Source: an uncultured virus (IMG/VR IMGVR_UViG_3300011912_000001)
Lineage: Duplodnaviria; Heunggongvirae; Uroviricota; Caudoviricetes
Virus record (IMG/VR): IMGVR_UViG_3300011912_000001
Direction: 5' to 3' (one strand)
Length of the DNA stretch: 64,000 bases
A program made the position numbers and the translations under genes. The notes under the pieces are model-generated. The model worked only from the letters and a program-made list of their open reading frames with translations. It did not search any database and was not told the origin of the DNA. Each line of letters starts with the position of its first letter. The stretch's first letter is position 1. Positions 31,941 through 42,841 of this stretch are shown here, piece after piece.

Positions 31941-31962
31941 GAAGGGGAAACCCTTCTTTTTT
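31939..31962 (+). terminator. Intrinsic terminator
   Basis: AAGAAGGG-GAAA-CCCTTCTT followed by a T tract, at the stop codon. Confidence 0.7.
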
Positions 31963-31969
31963 CTTTCTA

Positions 31970-31995
31970 TTGAAAGTCAAGAAGAAAGAGGTTAC
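31970..31995 (+). promoter_or_regulatory. Putative phage promoter (TTGAAA..GGTTAC)
   Basis: TTGA start is 20 nt before GGTTAC; lies between a terminator and the next RBS. Confidence 0.45.
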
Positions 31996-32024
31996 AAATA
32001 AAAAAGGAAAGGTAGGGGAGTTCA

Positions 32025-34424
32025 ATGGACTTAGCTCTAGTACGAAAAGAGACGAATCAGATAGTGTTTGAAAGCGAAGGGTACTATCTTGTTCACGAAG
32101 ATTTACGGTTAGAAGATTATGAAACTGAAATTACATATAGTACAACGGGTTCGCATTTCATTGCCACTCGTTTTTTAACTGAAATTTATTACTTTGGATT
32201 CCGAATCGAACAGCGCGGGACCGGCTGGTTCTTGACAGCAGAAGAGTACCGGGACGGAGTCTCACGAATTCTTGTAGAAAAACGCATCACACAAACATTG
32301 ACAAGTCCATACGTTGTGAAAGTAACGGTTGAAGGGTCAAAGCATGTGGTGACATTAAATGGAATAGTTCAATTGACAATGGAATATCAGAACATTACCA
32401 ATGCGTACTTGGCATTGATTGAAAAAGTCGGAAGCACGGTCACGAATATGACCATCGACCAACTGTTCCCTGTGGGATACACGACGACTTTAACGAATAA
32501 TGAATACATTAAAGTAGACAACTTAGAGAATGAAGAAAACTATATTGAGTTGAATGGGACACAAAGCACGTTGGCGTTCGATGTTTCACCGGACGTCGGG
32601 ACATCGTTTACGGTTAGCTTTGATTATGATGGTGTGGGAACAGCAACACTTGATGGGGTCACAGACACATTGAATGCTTCGGGTTTTAGTCGCTATGTCT
32701 GTAGCCGTCATACCATTACAGGCGCAAGCCGCACGTTCGTTGTTAAAGCAAATGGATTGCTTCGCATCAAAAACATTCAAGTTGAAAAGGGAAGTACTTA
32801 CTTAGGATATGTACCGACGGAAACAACGGTCGGTGTCCGTCCAAAGAGTGAAGTCTCGTTCCCGACGAAACGCAATTTGTATGCAGAAGGAAGCCTTTAT
32901 TACAAAGGAAGTTTTCGGAGTAATGCATCCACGGTCAAAAAGATTTTCTTGAAAAGTGGGAACCTTGAAATTGGTATGGTCAATAAACAAGCCTACATCA
33001 ATGTCGGAGGAGTTATCGCTCAGACAGTGGCGGCGACAACGGTCAAGGATTTCATCATTCGGGCAAGCTGGTCGCAAACTAACCTCAGCATTGGACTGGA
33101 AACGACAGATTTACAGACCGCTGAATACAATGGCGCTATCGTCGTTAGTATTGGGAATAGCATGATGTTAACAGACAGCACTTATTTCTACGATGGAGCA
33201 ATTGATGATTTGGTCATCTGGAAAAAGACGACACCGACCAATGAACTCAAGTTATTGAGTCCTTCATATAATCCAATGGGACGAAGCTTTACGAGTGATT
33301 TCAATGATGTCATCAGTTCAAAAGAAAAGACGTTCGTGGAAGCGACGCTGGCGCCTGTCGATGGTAGCCCGATTCTGGTTGAAGATGAAGAAGGGGCATT
33401 GGAAAAAGTGACGTTCTTTGATATGGAGACCGCTGACTACCGAACATGGAATGAAGAATTCATTCGCTATGATGGAAAGTCCGATTACTTATTAATCAGT
33501 TATGGGAACATCGACAATGAGAACTTCAAAGCGGCGATTTACTATGAGGACCTATTCGTCGGATTCGCCGATAAAATCGAAGACCGCAAAGTCTATTTGA
33601 CATTGACGGATGAACAGAAAAAAGAATACTTTGGAGAAGAGCTCAAAGTGCGTTATCAATTGAACCGAAGTTATGTCGTTGACTATAAACATGCGGCGCT
33701 TGATAGCTACCGGGTTCAGTTAGCAAAAGCACAAGGGAAAGAATTGACGGTTATCCAAGAAGGGAACCGTATGAACCAGATGCGCTTGTCAACGGAAGTC
33801 GAACTCAACCCATTAGAGAATGCACACTCTGAAGGTTTCCTATACATCAGTGACAAGGCGCAACAGATTGGCGGATTCCGGGTATTCTTGACACCGGACA
33901 AGTTACAAGCAGATGGGATTGAAACGAGCATGCTCGTCATTGAACCGATTGACTTAGAGGGAAATGAAGTCATTGGGGCAAGCTTAGACGTGACTGCAAG
34001 TAGTGGGGCCATTGAACCGATGATTTCTCGTAAGTATGCAAAGATTCGTTCAGCGGGCGGGCGTTATTATTATACGTACCATGCGCCGTACATGCAGACG
34101 AAAGTAGAACGCCAAGTCCAGAATGTCAGCATCAACATCAAAGACCGTCGGACAGGAATCGGAACGGAAGTCCCAGTGTATCTTCGACCGGTTACGTCGC
34201 TTGCAAAAGCTCCAGCCAAAGTCTTTAGTTTTGAAAGTCAGATTGTATTTGAATACTTAGCAAAATGCTTTAAACGACAGGATGCACCCGACGAATGGGT
34301 CGCACTCCTTGACCAGAATCAGGATGGACGGGTCGATGAATTTGAAATCAAATGGTTACAAGATAACATCAACAACCCTGCCATTAAACGGATTGCTCAA
34401 CAATTAAAAGGAATGGAGGGGTAA
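32025..34424 (+). CDS. Structural protein with LamG-like and Ig-like segments and C-terminal EF-hand-like loop
   Basis: YDGAIDDLVIW (LamG-like), PDKLQADG (Big-like), LDQNQDGRVDEFE (DxNxDG loop). Confidence 0.55.
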   Translation: MDLALVRKETNQIVFESEGYYLVHEDLRLEDYETEITYSTTGSHFIATRFLTEIYYFGFRIEQRGTGWFLTAEEYRDGVSRILVEKRITQTLTSPYVVKVTVEGSKHVVTLNGIVQLTMEYQNITNAYLALIEKVGSTVTNMTIDQLFPVGYTTTLTNNEYIKVDNLENEENYIELNGTQSTLAFDVSPDVGTSFTVSFDYDGVGTATLDGVTDTLNASGFSRYVCSRHTITGASRTFVVKANGLLRIKNIQVEKGSTYLGYVPTETTVGVRPKSEVSFPTKRNLYAEGSLYYKGSFRSNASTVKKIFLKSGNLEIGMVNKQAYINVGGVIAQTVAATTVKDFIIRASWSQTNLSIGLETTDLQTAEYNGAIVVSIGNSMMLTDSTYFYDGAIDDLVIWKKTTPTNELKLLSPSYNPMGRSFTSDFNDVISSKEKTFVEATLAPVDGSPILVEDEEGALEKVTFFDMETADYRTWNEEFIRYDGKSDYLLISYGNIDNENFKAAIYYEDLFVGFADKIEDRKVYLTLTDEQKKEYFGEELKVRYQLNRSYVVDYKHAALDSYRVQLAKAQGKELTVIQEGNRMNQMRLSTEVELNPLENAHSEGFLYISDKAQQIGGFRVFLTPDKLQADGIETSMLVIEPIDLEGNEVIGASLDVTASSGAIEPMISRKYAKIRSAGGRYYYTYHAPYMQTKVERQVQNVSINIKDRRTGIGTEVPVYLRPVTSLAKAPAKVFSFESQIVFEYLAKCFKRQDAPDEWVALLDQNQDGRVDEFEIKWLQDNINNPAIKRIAQQLKGMEG

Positions 34425-34425
34425 C

Positions 34426-37400
34426 ATGCCAACACGCCCTCATGGAAATGGACGGGACGGATACTCACTTCGTGTGAGTAAGAACGTCCCAAACGGGGCC
34501 GCGAATCTTGCTTATGTCTATAATGAAGCAAGTACCCCACAACGCAATTTATCCATTGAAGATTTAAGCACATCGATTCCAGAGAATCGGTTAATGCGAG
34601 AATACAAAGAAGAGTTTCTTGTCTATCCCAATGAAGAATCAATGCTTCATTCATTGGAAGGTGTTTCAGAGTTTCCTAGTAAAGACATTTTGATTACCGA
34701 TGAATACTCGACAGGAACAAATCCAAAAGCGCTCTACTGGAAATACCGGTCACAAGGACGCTTTGATGCCCGTAACAGTCTCGTCAGTATCTACAAAAAA
34801 GGATTTGACCCGCATGCGGATACGATTCGTTTTGAAGAATTAACACTCGAAGAACGAGATGATTTGATTTACTTGGGTACTCAAATTGAAGTCGTCACCC
34901 GTGATGGGAAAAGTTTAAATGATGAAGCCTATAAGATTAAATTGGTGAAGAATGGGACTGAAGGCTTCGTGTACAGTATCGAAGTCTATACGAATTTTTA
35001 TTCGAATGATGAAGTCTCGTATCAATTGAAATATAAGAAATGGGAAAACGGCAAAAGCCGGGAAGTCCTCGAATCCTTGAACGTCGAACCCTTCTTCGAA
35101 CAAGTCAGTAAAGAAGAAGTCGATGCATTGACGTCAGAAGCCGATAAGATGCAAAAGAAATTTGCTCTCGTTTCTGAAGGAGAAAATCAATACAAGGTCT
35201 ATGCGAAAGCCCCTCAATTGATTGCAGACGAAGTCAGCCGTCCTAGTCACCGTTTTACATACCAAGTCAAAGCGAATTTAAATGCACGACTCAGTGAACA
35301 GCGCAAAGCCACTCTGAATGTAGGGTACGCTTACATCAATGATACAGAGTTTGGAGCGTCGATTCGCAACCTGACTTCGGTCGGTAAAAAGATGTTTGCT
35401 GGCTCTAATAATTATTTACCAAGCTATCTAACGTTCGAAAACCCACATACTGAAAATGAGAATGCGGGCAAAGAATCGATTGATTATTGGCTCGTTAATT
35501 TAGATATGCCAGAAGACCATTACTTGGATTATGACATTCTTATTATTGGTGGATATGGAACAAAGAACTTAAGTCGTTTCCAACTAGGTTTACAAGCGTT
35601 CCTTGAGAACGGTGGGAAATTACTCGTTGATAACAACGGAACCGGCACCAGTGTCTTGAATTTTAAAGTGAATGGACAGCAGACGTTCATCCGCAACGTG
35701 GGCTTCTCAAGTTCAGCGACGGTATCTGCTCCACGGGCATATGCGGACAGTGAAAAGAAAGTTATTGAACGGTACTTCCCATTAAAGAATGCAGTGGCTC
35801 TAGGAAGTGTTTCTCCTAGCATTGAATTCGGAAGCGGAGAAGGAGCGAACGACTGGAAAGCCATCGTCAAACACACAGACCAGAATAATGCGATGATGTA
35901 TCGTAAGCATGGCAATGGGTATTTGATTGTCTCGAACATGGGACTATTAACGGACTTACTACTTTCAAAAGAAGAAAGCAATCGGTTGTTTGCAAACCTC
36001 ATGCTATGGGCAGGAGAAGAACGGTTCATCGCTGGACCTGTCGTCAAAGAGTTCGTCTACCATCGCAATAATCTATTTGACCAAGAATATAAAGATGCAA
36101 AAGGGAATCTTGTTTACATCGATGACCGGGCGATTGAAGATGAAACACAAATCGTAGCTAAAAAGCTATTGGCGCCATCGGTAGCGGAAGCACTTCGTCC
36201 ACATTTGCCACAAGGATTCCAAGATGCGACAGGTACGTATCAAGTCGTTGTCAATACGAACACAAGTTATCCCGTCTTGAACCAAGAGTTTGAACTGGTC
36301 AATGGAAGCGGGACAACATCATGGACAGCAACGACCTTGAATGCGATTCCCAACTGGAACACGATTCTATTCAGTGGAAGCGCTAGTTTCTCACAAACAA
36401 AAGATGCGGCACGCAATAACGTCTATGGTATGAAGATTGTTGCAAGCAATGGACAAGCATTCGTCGAGAATAGTTTAGGAGTCGTTCCTGCTGGGAGTTA
36501 TATCGTTGAAGGATGGGTCAACACGACGAACGTCACAGGAGTGGGGACGAAGATTGGTATCTACTTGCCGTCAGGACAAGAAGTCGTAAAATCGTCTGCT
36601 GTCTCTGGGACTTCGACATGGAAAAAGATTAGCTTAAGCTTTACGTTAGCGGAAGCAAAAGACCTTCGCCTTCGGGTTGGACACGTTGATGGAAACGGAA
36701 GCGGAACAAGTTTACTCGATGGGATTCAAATGGAATCGATTGGTGTCGTGCGGATGAACCGTCCGAACCTAGGAAATGAACGTTTGATTGCGTATGCGAC
36801 GGCAACAAAAGGACAAGGGATTGATTTTCAAAATGCAGGATTTGATACGAGTGATGTCGTCATTCATCATCCTGTACTCGAAGCTTCCTTTACGACAAAA
36901 GCTTATGTGTATAGCTGGAACCCGACTGTGTCGATGTATCAGAAAGTATATGGCGACAGCAGAGTTCATCGTTTCCAGATTAAGAAAGATGATGGACTGG
37001 TTAGCTTAGGGAACATCACACAATATTTACCTCCATTAAAAGCAGGAGCAATGTGGGCGGATGCGACACGAGTCTATTATGAATTCGAAGTCGGAGATGT
37101 GTATGAAGAAACATTGGGAACAAACTATGTCAACTTGAACATCTACAACCCGCAAACGGGAAAAAGCTTCTTCCTCAAAAAAGGACAGACGGTCATCAGT
37201 CATTATGATATCTATGGGAAGGTCTTGAAGCCAGAAGTCATTTTGCAAGCATGGACGAACTACTACACAGTTCAAGCGACAAAGAAACAATTTGCCTTGC
37301 AGTTAATGGATGCAGGACAAATCAAAGTCGAGTACCCGGGCACCGATGATAGCCGGGAACGCTGGTATCTTCGTGTCCATAAAGGCGACTTTGTGAAGAC

Positions 37401-38796
37401 TGGATGGAACGGGGAAGACTGGGAAGCGATTCAAGAAGCAGGACGCTTAAGCACCTACGAAGAACGAATGACAGGAAAACAAGAATACGAAATCATCGAG
37501 TATGGCAATCAAGTCTTCTATCCAACCTATGGGATGAATGACAGAGAAGAGGTTGCAGAGTATATGGATACGAAGACGGTACGAGTGGACCGCCGTCCGA
37601 TGGTCGTACGGGAACAAAAAGTCGTTAAAGAAGAACTTGAAGCGATTTCCAGTGACCGGAAGAAGTTCCAAGCGAGCCTAGGGAAATGGAACCGAAAAGT
37701 GATTCCGATTATTTACTGGGATGAAACGAATAACGGCACTGACATCATCTTAAACAGTGGGTTTACGATTGATTATGAGGCAGGGACAGTTAGGTTCACG
37801 ACAGCAAAAGCAGGGACGGTGCGGGCAAGTTATACACAAGACAATTTCAAAGTCGTCAAACGGAAATACTTGAACGAACGCATCAACAATGAACTCTTGA
37901 AAACGACCGACCGCAAATGTTGGGTCAGTAGCCAAGAGAACTGGTTGACGTCACCAACACCTATCATCTACCGCAATGGCGTCATTGTTCCAAACGACCA
38001 ATATAAGATTGATTATGCAAGCGGGGATGTCATCTTTACAACGACTCAGAAAGAACGGATTTACGCCGACTACAACTACTTCATCGAAGAAGAACTGGAA
38101 GTCGAAGACGTGGATGTCTTAAGCGGGTTGATTCGCTTGAAAAAGGAAATCACATTCAAAGATGAAATCTATGTCACGTATATGCACGAAGAGCAATACT
38201 ATAACTACAAAGGGTATTGGGATGAAGAAATGAAACGCTTCATGCATCTGGATTTGAATCCAGCAGTCGGGCATACGTTCACCCTTCGTAAAGCAGAAGA
38301 AGGAGAAGTCATCTACGAAGAAGCACCAACAGAAAAATTGTTGAATAAAGAAGTCTTCTTGTACTTGCTTCCAAAGCGAACAGTCTTAGGACCGATTGTA
38401 CGAACGGAAGCGAATCCACTTCGCCATGTACTCTCTGAAGAAGAATGGAAACGGATTAAACAAGCAAGACCAGAAGCGATGTTGTTAGCTCGCATCCAAG
38501 TGCGAGAACACACGTTGATTGATAATACGATTGTCATGGATGCCCGTAAACGAGGCGGCGGACTCAAAGAAAGCTTTACGAGAAAAGAAATCGAACAACG
38601 AGCAGGAGCCGTTGAAAGCTTCTGGGACATCGGAACCTTCGATGGGAAAGCGTATTATGAAAAAGGAGTCGTCGTCATTCGATTGCCAAAAGAAATCCTT
38701 CGAAGTGAAGGTGGGCAATTCGAAGAAGAAGACGTCCAAGCACGCATTAAAAAGTATTTAGCGTTAGGGATTTACCCTATCATTGAATACGTATAA
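34426..38796 (+). CDS. Large virion structural protein with carbohydrate-binding-like module
   Basis: 1456 aa. CBM4-like segment (NQEFE..W..YIVEGWV..W..ISLSF..LLDGIQM) and repeated IDY..G.V.F motifs; lies in the tail operon. Confidence 0.6.
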   Translation: MPTRPHGNGRDGYSLRVSKNVPNGAANLAYVYNEASTPQRNLSIEDLSTSIPENRLMREYKEEFLVYPNEESMLHSLEGVSEFPSKDILITDEYSTGTNPKALYWKYRSQGRFDARNSLVSIYKKGFDPHADTIRFEELTLEERDDLIYLGTQIEVVTRDGKSLNDEAYKIKLVKNGTEGFVYSIEVYTNFYSNDEVSYQLKYKKWENGKSREVLESLNVEPFFEQVSKEEVDALTSEADKMQKKFALVSEGENQYKVYAKAPQLIADEVSRPSHRFTYQVKANLNARLSEQRKATLNVGYAYINDTEFGASIRNLTSVGKKMFAGSNNYLPSYLTFENPHTENENAGKESIDYWLVNLDMPEDHYLDYDILIIGGYGTKNLSRFQLGLQAFLENGGKLLVDNNGTGTSVLNFKVNGQQTFIRNVGFSSSATVSAPRAYADSEKKVIERYFPLKNAVALGSVSPSIEFGSGEGANDWKAIVKHTDQNNAMMYRKHGNGYLIVSNMGLLTDLLLSKEESNRLFANLMLWAGEERFIAGPVVKEFVYHRNNLFDQEYKDAKGNLVYIDDRAIEDETQIVAKKLLAPSVAEALRPHLPQGFQDATGTYQVVVNTNTSYPVLNQEFELVNGSGTTSWTATTLNAIPNWNTILFSGSASFSQTKDAARNNVYGMKIVASNGQAFVENSLGVVPAGSYIVEGWVNTTNVTGVGTKIGIYLPSGQEVVKSSAVSGTSTWKKISLSFTLAEAKDLRLRVGHVDGNGSGTSLLDGIQMESIGVVRMNRPNLGNERLIAYATATKGQGIDFQNAGFDTSDVVIHHPVLEASFTTKAYVYSWNPTVSMYQKVYGDSRVHRFQIKKDDGLVSLGNITQYLPPLKAGAMWADATRVYYEFEVGDVYEETLGTNYVNLNIYNPQTGKSFFLKKGQTVISHYDIYGKVLKPEVILQAWTNYYTVQATKKQFALQLMDAGQIKVEYPGTDDSRERWYLRVHKGDFVKTGWNGEDWEAIQEAGRLSTYEERMTGKQEYEIIEYGNQVFYPTYGMNDREEVAEYMDTKTVRVDRRPMVVREQKVVKEELEAISSDRKKFQASLGKWNRKVIPIIYWDETNNGTDIILNSGFTIDYEAGTVRFTTAKAGTVRASYTQDNFKVVKRKYLNERINNELLKTTDRKCWVSSQENWLTSPTPIIYRNGVIVPNDQYKIDYASGDVIFTTTQKERIYADYNYFIEEELEVEDVDVLSGLIRLKKEITFKDEIYVTYMHEEQYYNYKGYWDEEMKRFMHLDLNPAVGHTFTLRKAEEGEVIYEEAPTEKLLNKEVFLYLLPKRTVLGPIVRTEANPLRHVLSEEEWKRIKQARPEAMLLARIQVREHTLIDNTIVMDARKRGGGLKESFTRKEIEQRAGAVESFWDIGTFDGKAYYEKGVVVIRLPKEILRSEGGQFEEEDVQARIKKYLALGIYPIIEYV

Positions 38797-38807
38797 GGAG
38801 GAAGAAC

Positions 38808-38993
38808 ATGCTTCCCACAAACATTCCTTTAGGCTTAGTGCAAGTGTATGACAAGGAGACGGATACAACCACCGTCTCTTGGTCGTACTTGGCATCAGCC
38901 GATATCGAGTATTTTGAATTACAGTATTTTGATGAAAACAAACGAGAATGGGTAGCGTTTGATGGACGAAACGGACTCATTAAAAAACCATAA
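38808..38993 (+). CDS. Small hypothetical protein (partial FN3-like)
   Basis: 61 aa with strong RBS AAGGAGG, filling the gap between two genes; TVSW..IEYFELQY..W pattern. Confidence 0.65.
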   Translation: MLPTNIPLGLVQVYDKETDTTTVSWSYLASADIEYFELQYFDENKREWVAFDGRNGLIKKP

Positions 38994-39008
38994 GGAAGGA
39001 GAGAGATT

Positions 39009-42000
39009 ATGTACCCGGAAGATTATTCCGTGTTCCTACGTAAACGGAATGCGACCTACGAAGGCGACCCTGCTGGCGATTATGTCATGGCAGAAGACGT
39101 CAATGAATTGCAAGAAGCGATTGAGACGATTGAACGACATCTGGGATTATCGCAAAGCGACCAAAGCCTAGAAGAACGGATTCGTGTCATCGACAACCTC
39201 TCTCCTCTTCGTGTGGATGACTACATGAAGTTCAGCGTCCCTCCCGCAAGCATTGATGGAATGGATAGCGCCATTGGGAACCTGAGTATGTATGGGAACA
39301 TCATTGCTCCCCAAGACAATGAGAACGATGTGCTTGCACTCCGACTCAAAGGGAATCAAACGAATCTGTATGAACGGATTAGCGTCGGAACGAAGACGCT
39401 TGCCCAAGTTCAGATTGAAATCGGAAACATTCAATTGAATAAAAGCAAAGGGGTTTTCCTTGAAGATTTCAGCTACACGCAAGTGCCACGTGACCGACAA
39501 CAACAAATCATTGATTCCGCATTAGAGAATAATTTAGATGTCATCATCACATTAGCGCCTATTGAAATCTTGGACAATGCATATGACGCAACACGTAACC
39601 CAGTCGCTAAAGCCCTAGAACTCGATAATCGGGTGAAAGTATGGAAAGAAGGATTCGGAAAAAGTGAAGGCATCGCCGTCATTCCTAGCCAAGTCCTAGT
39701 CGAGATGCAACAATACTTGAGCTTACGCCGGACGATGGGTGTCCAACTGATTGGCTCCTATGAAGGAACAGCAGAACGAGAATACAGCTATGCTCAAGCA
39801 TTAGGTCTTATCTTTGCTTTAGATGGGATTTCTTTTGGAACACGAATAGGACATACGAACTTCTTACCAGCCTATGGTTGGGTGCCGTACTATTCGGCAT
39901 GGAAGACCATGGAACCGGTCATCGAGTTCATTGATGGAGGGCTCAAGCGAAGTGTCAAAGGTGGGGCCGTCATCGCCGACGGAGTCCAGCTAACCTCTCA
40001 TATCATCGGAATCGGCATCACATCGGACATGATTACGTTCGTGACCAATTCTCTGGATGCAAACATCTTAAAAGATAATAGCATTGGGAAAGAAAAAATT
40101 AAAGACTATGATGCAGGTAAAGTTGTTGACGCCATCAATGCTCAAACAGCAAAGAAAATCAAATGGTCTTCGATTGAAGACATGAACGGGAATATGTTGC
40201 CGGGGAATATTCCGTCAGCGAACATGCGTCAGAATGTCGTTCTTGCCATCAATGAAAAACACAATTCGACGAATCAGTTAACGATTGTCGGCGATGCGAT
40301 TCAAAGTTTAGACGGAGCAAAGATTACAGGGAATATTGGCATTAACCCGTTGGTTCAAAATGTCGTTAAAGCCATCAACCAATCAACGGATAAGATTGAT
40401 GTTGCGAGTGCAAAAATTGATACGCTAGGCAGTTTTGATATCACGACATCTACCATTAATGCACAGAGTGCAATCATCACGGAAGGAAACATTACCGACC
40501 TCGGGACAGAACGTATTACCTCAACAGACCGTATTACAGCAAAGGATATTCATGCTCAGTACATCAAGACGATTCAACTGGATGCTGATATCTTAAAAGT
40601 CAATGACTTACTCGTTGACGATTTAATCTCAAATAAGATTAAGGCGCAAACACTCGATGCGGTCATGGCACATATCGGAACCGCTGAAATTGACAACTTG
40701 ATTGCTGGAAGCATCACCGCTGAAGTCGTTAAAGCAGGACTCATCACAGCGATGAACTCCGTGACGATGAATGCGACGATTACAGGAGCGATGATTAAGG
40801 AAGCCAGTATCACGAGTGCTCAAATCATCAGCTTGGATGCAGTCAAGATTAATGCTGGTAGTATTAGTACTGGTAAAGTCACCATCGATTCGCCAGATGG
40901 TCATCTTAAAATCAAGGATGAGAACATCAAGATTTATGATGCCGTTGATGGGAACGGCGACCGTCGTCTCCGGGTCATCTTAGGGAACACGAGTGAAATC
41001 GTACCCGGTACATACGGGCTTGTGGTGTTAGGAGCAGATGGGACAACACGTCTCTATGACAACACCGGTGTCTACAATGCCGGTATCCACAACAATGCCA
41101 TCAGCAATACGAAGCTTCAAGATGATTCCGTTGATGGTCGTGTCATCATCGCAAACAGTATTATCGCGGAACACATTACCGCTGAAGCGATTACAGCAGA
41201 TAAGATTAAAGCCCATGAAATCAATGCGATACATATCCAAGCGGGCACGATTACAGCAGGAAGTGCCATCATTGCAGAAGCCGCCATCGGCAATGCGATG
41301 ATTTCAGAACTGCACGGAGCGAAGATTGTCGCTGGTAGCATCACAGGTGAACAAATCAAAGCGAATAGTATCACGGCAGATAACCTAGCGATTGGATTTG
41401 AAAACAACCAAGTCAAATATGGATACGACAACTTCGAAATCTTTGAGACGGGAGAATCGCCAGTCGATGTCTTCACCCCACAAACGACCGCTATCGTCAG
41501 TAAAGATATTCGACGGGTGGGCGATAAGTCTTTAAAAGTTACCGGGAACAACCAAGAACATATCGTCTATCTGCAAAAGCGTGATGGCAACTTCATGAAT
41601 GGGTTGATTGATGGGTACACCTACTTTGTGACCGCGTATGCGTATACGACGGACACGACGGGTGTGGAAGTCAAGCTAGGATTAACGCATGCGAACGGAA
41701 CGCTCTGGGGTGCTTCAACGACGATTACACAAATGGATGGATTCAAACGCATTGTAGCAGAGATTACGATTCCAGCTGGAACCATCAGTGGGACGATTGC
41801 TTTGTACACAAAGAAAGCCAATAGTATCGTCTACTTCGATTGTGTCATGCTCGAAGAAAAGAAAGAAGGCATCACCGAACCAAGCATGTGGCAATCGGCA
41901 AGCATCACGGAAATCACGGGGGATATGATTTCAACGGGTACGATTAATGCATCGAAAGGAATTACGTTCGCGGCAGGTGCTGTCACGATTGATGCAGACG

Positions 42001-42827
42001 GGATTCATCTCCAAAAACTAGGTGGGGGAAGTGTTACCCTCAGCGATGATGGACTCGTCATCAAGGGAGGAGCCATTACCATTGAAGGCGGATTAAGCGC
42101 CGATGACTTAAACCCGGCTTTAACGTCTCGATGGGACACAGCTTCGGATTCGATTGCGGACCTGATTGACAACAACATCATCACCCCATATGAGAAATTT
42201 GGCCTAGAAAAAGAATGGGAACGGATTAAATCGACGTACGACAATATATTCTCGCAAGCGTTAACTTATAATCTGAGTGGCGATTTGGATATTACAGAAT
42301 ATAGCGAGGCCGTCGAGCAATTCCGTCTTTACATTTACGTGACAAAAGATTTGAATAATGACAAAGCCATCCTTGCAAGTGATAACAAAACGACCAACTC
42401 TGAAATCAATGGGGCAGATTATGCCATCATCGCTAAACGAGTATACGATGCAAGTGTAAATGCACAAGACCGTATTGCTCGTGCTGTCAAAAGCGAAATC
42501 GATGAAACGAAACAAGACTTGGAAGATTTAGACATAAGTCCCACTTACAGGGTTGACATTGCTAGTTCAAAAGGCATACTTTTTAAGAACGGGAACATAC
42601 AAACGGTGTTGCGTGCCATTGTCTATCGAGGAAGTGTGAATATTACCGATGAATTAGACGCCTCGTATTTTAGATGGAAACGGATATCGGAAGATGCCAC
42701 CGGAGATACCGTCTGGAACCAAAGTCACGGTATTGGTGTCAAATCAATAAACATCACGCATGTTGATGTCTATCAGAAAGCCCAGTTCACTTGTGATTTA
42801 GATATCCCAGACAACCAAACATTATAA
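39009..42827 (+). CDS. Large tail protein with glycosidase-like N-terminal region, beta-helical repeats, CBM-like domain and C-terminal Ig-like domain
   Basis: KGVFLEDFSY; many ITA.KI.AG.I repeats; RLRVILG..GTYGL..GTT; C-terminal SSKGILFKNG..FRWKR..FTC. Confidence 0.7.
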   Translation: MYPEDYSVFLRKRNATYEGDPAGDYVMAEDVNELQEAIETIERHLGLSQSDQSLEERIRVIDNLSPLRVDDYMKFSVPPASIDGMDSAIGNLSMYGNIIAPQDNENDVLALRLKGNQTNLYERISVGTKTLAQVQIEIGNIQLNKSKGVFLEDFSYTQVPRDRQQQIIDSALENNLDVIITLAPIEILDNAYDATRNPVAKALELDNRVKVWKEGFGKSEGIAVIPSQVLVEMQQYLSLRRTMGVQLIGSYEGTAEREYSYAQALGLIFALDGISFGTRIGHTNFLPAYGWVPYYSAWKTMEPVIEFIDGGLKRSVKGGAVIADGVQLTSHIIGIGITSDMITFVTNSLDANILKDNSIGKEKIKDYDAGKVVDAINAQTAKKIKWSSIEDMNGNMLPGNIPSANMRQNVVLAINEKHNSTNQLTIVGDAIQSLDGAKITGNIGINPLVQNVVKAINQSTDKIDVASAKIDTLGSFDITTSTINAQSAIITEGNITDLGTERITSTDRITAKDIHAQYIKTIQLDADILKVNDLLVDDLISNKIKAQTLDAVMAHIGTAEIDNLIAGSITAEVVKAGLITAMNSVTMNATITGAMIKEASITSAQIISLDAVKINAGSISTGKVTIDSPDGHLKIKDENIKIYDAVDGNGDRRLRVILGNTSEIVPGTYGLVVLGADGTTRLYDNTGVYNAGIHNNAISNTKLQDDSVDGRVIIANSIIAEHITAEAITADKIKAHEINAIHIQAGTITAGSAIIAEAAIGNAMISELHGAKIVAGSITGEQIKANSITADNLAIGFENNQVKYGYDNFEIFETGESPVDVFTPQTTAIVSKDIRRVGDKSLKVTGNNQEHIVYLQKRDGNFMNGLIDGYTYFVTAYAYTTDTTGVEVKLGLTHANGTLWGASTTITQMDGFKRIVAEITIPAGTISGTIALYTKKANSIVYFDCVMLEEKKEGITEPSMWQSASITEITGDMISTGTINASKGITFAAGAVTIDADGIHLQKLGGGSVTLSDDGLVIKGGAITIEGGLSADDLNPALTSRWDTASDSIADLIDNNIITPYEKFGLEKEWERIKSTYDNIFSQALTYNLSGDLDITEYSEAVEQFRLYIYVTKDLNNDKAILASDNKTTNSEINGADYAIIAKRVYDASVNAQDRIARAVKSEIDETKQDLEDLDISPTYRVDIASSKGILFKNGNIQTVLRAIVYRGSVNITDELDASYFRWKRISEDATGDTVWNQSHGIGVKSINITHVDVYQKAQFTCDLDIPDNQTL

Positions 42828-42841
42828 AAGGGGATAACATC

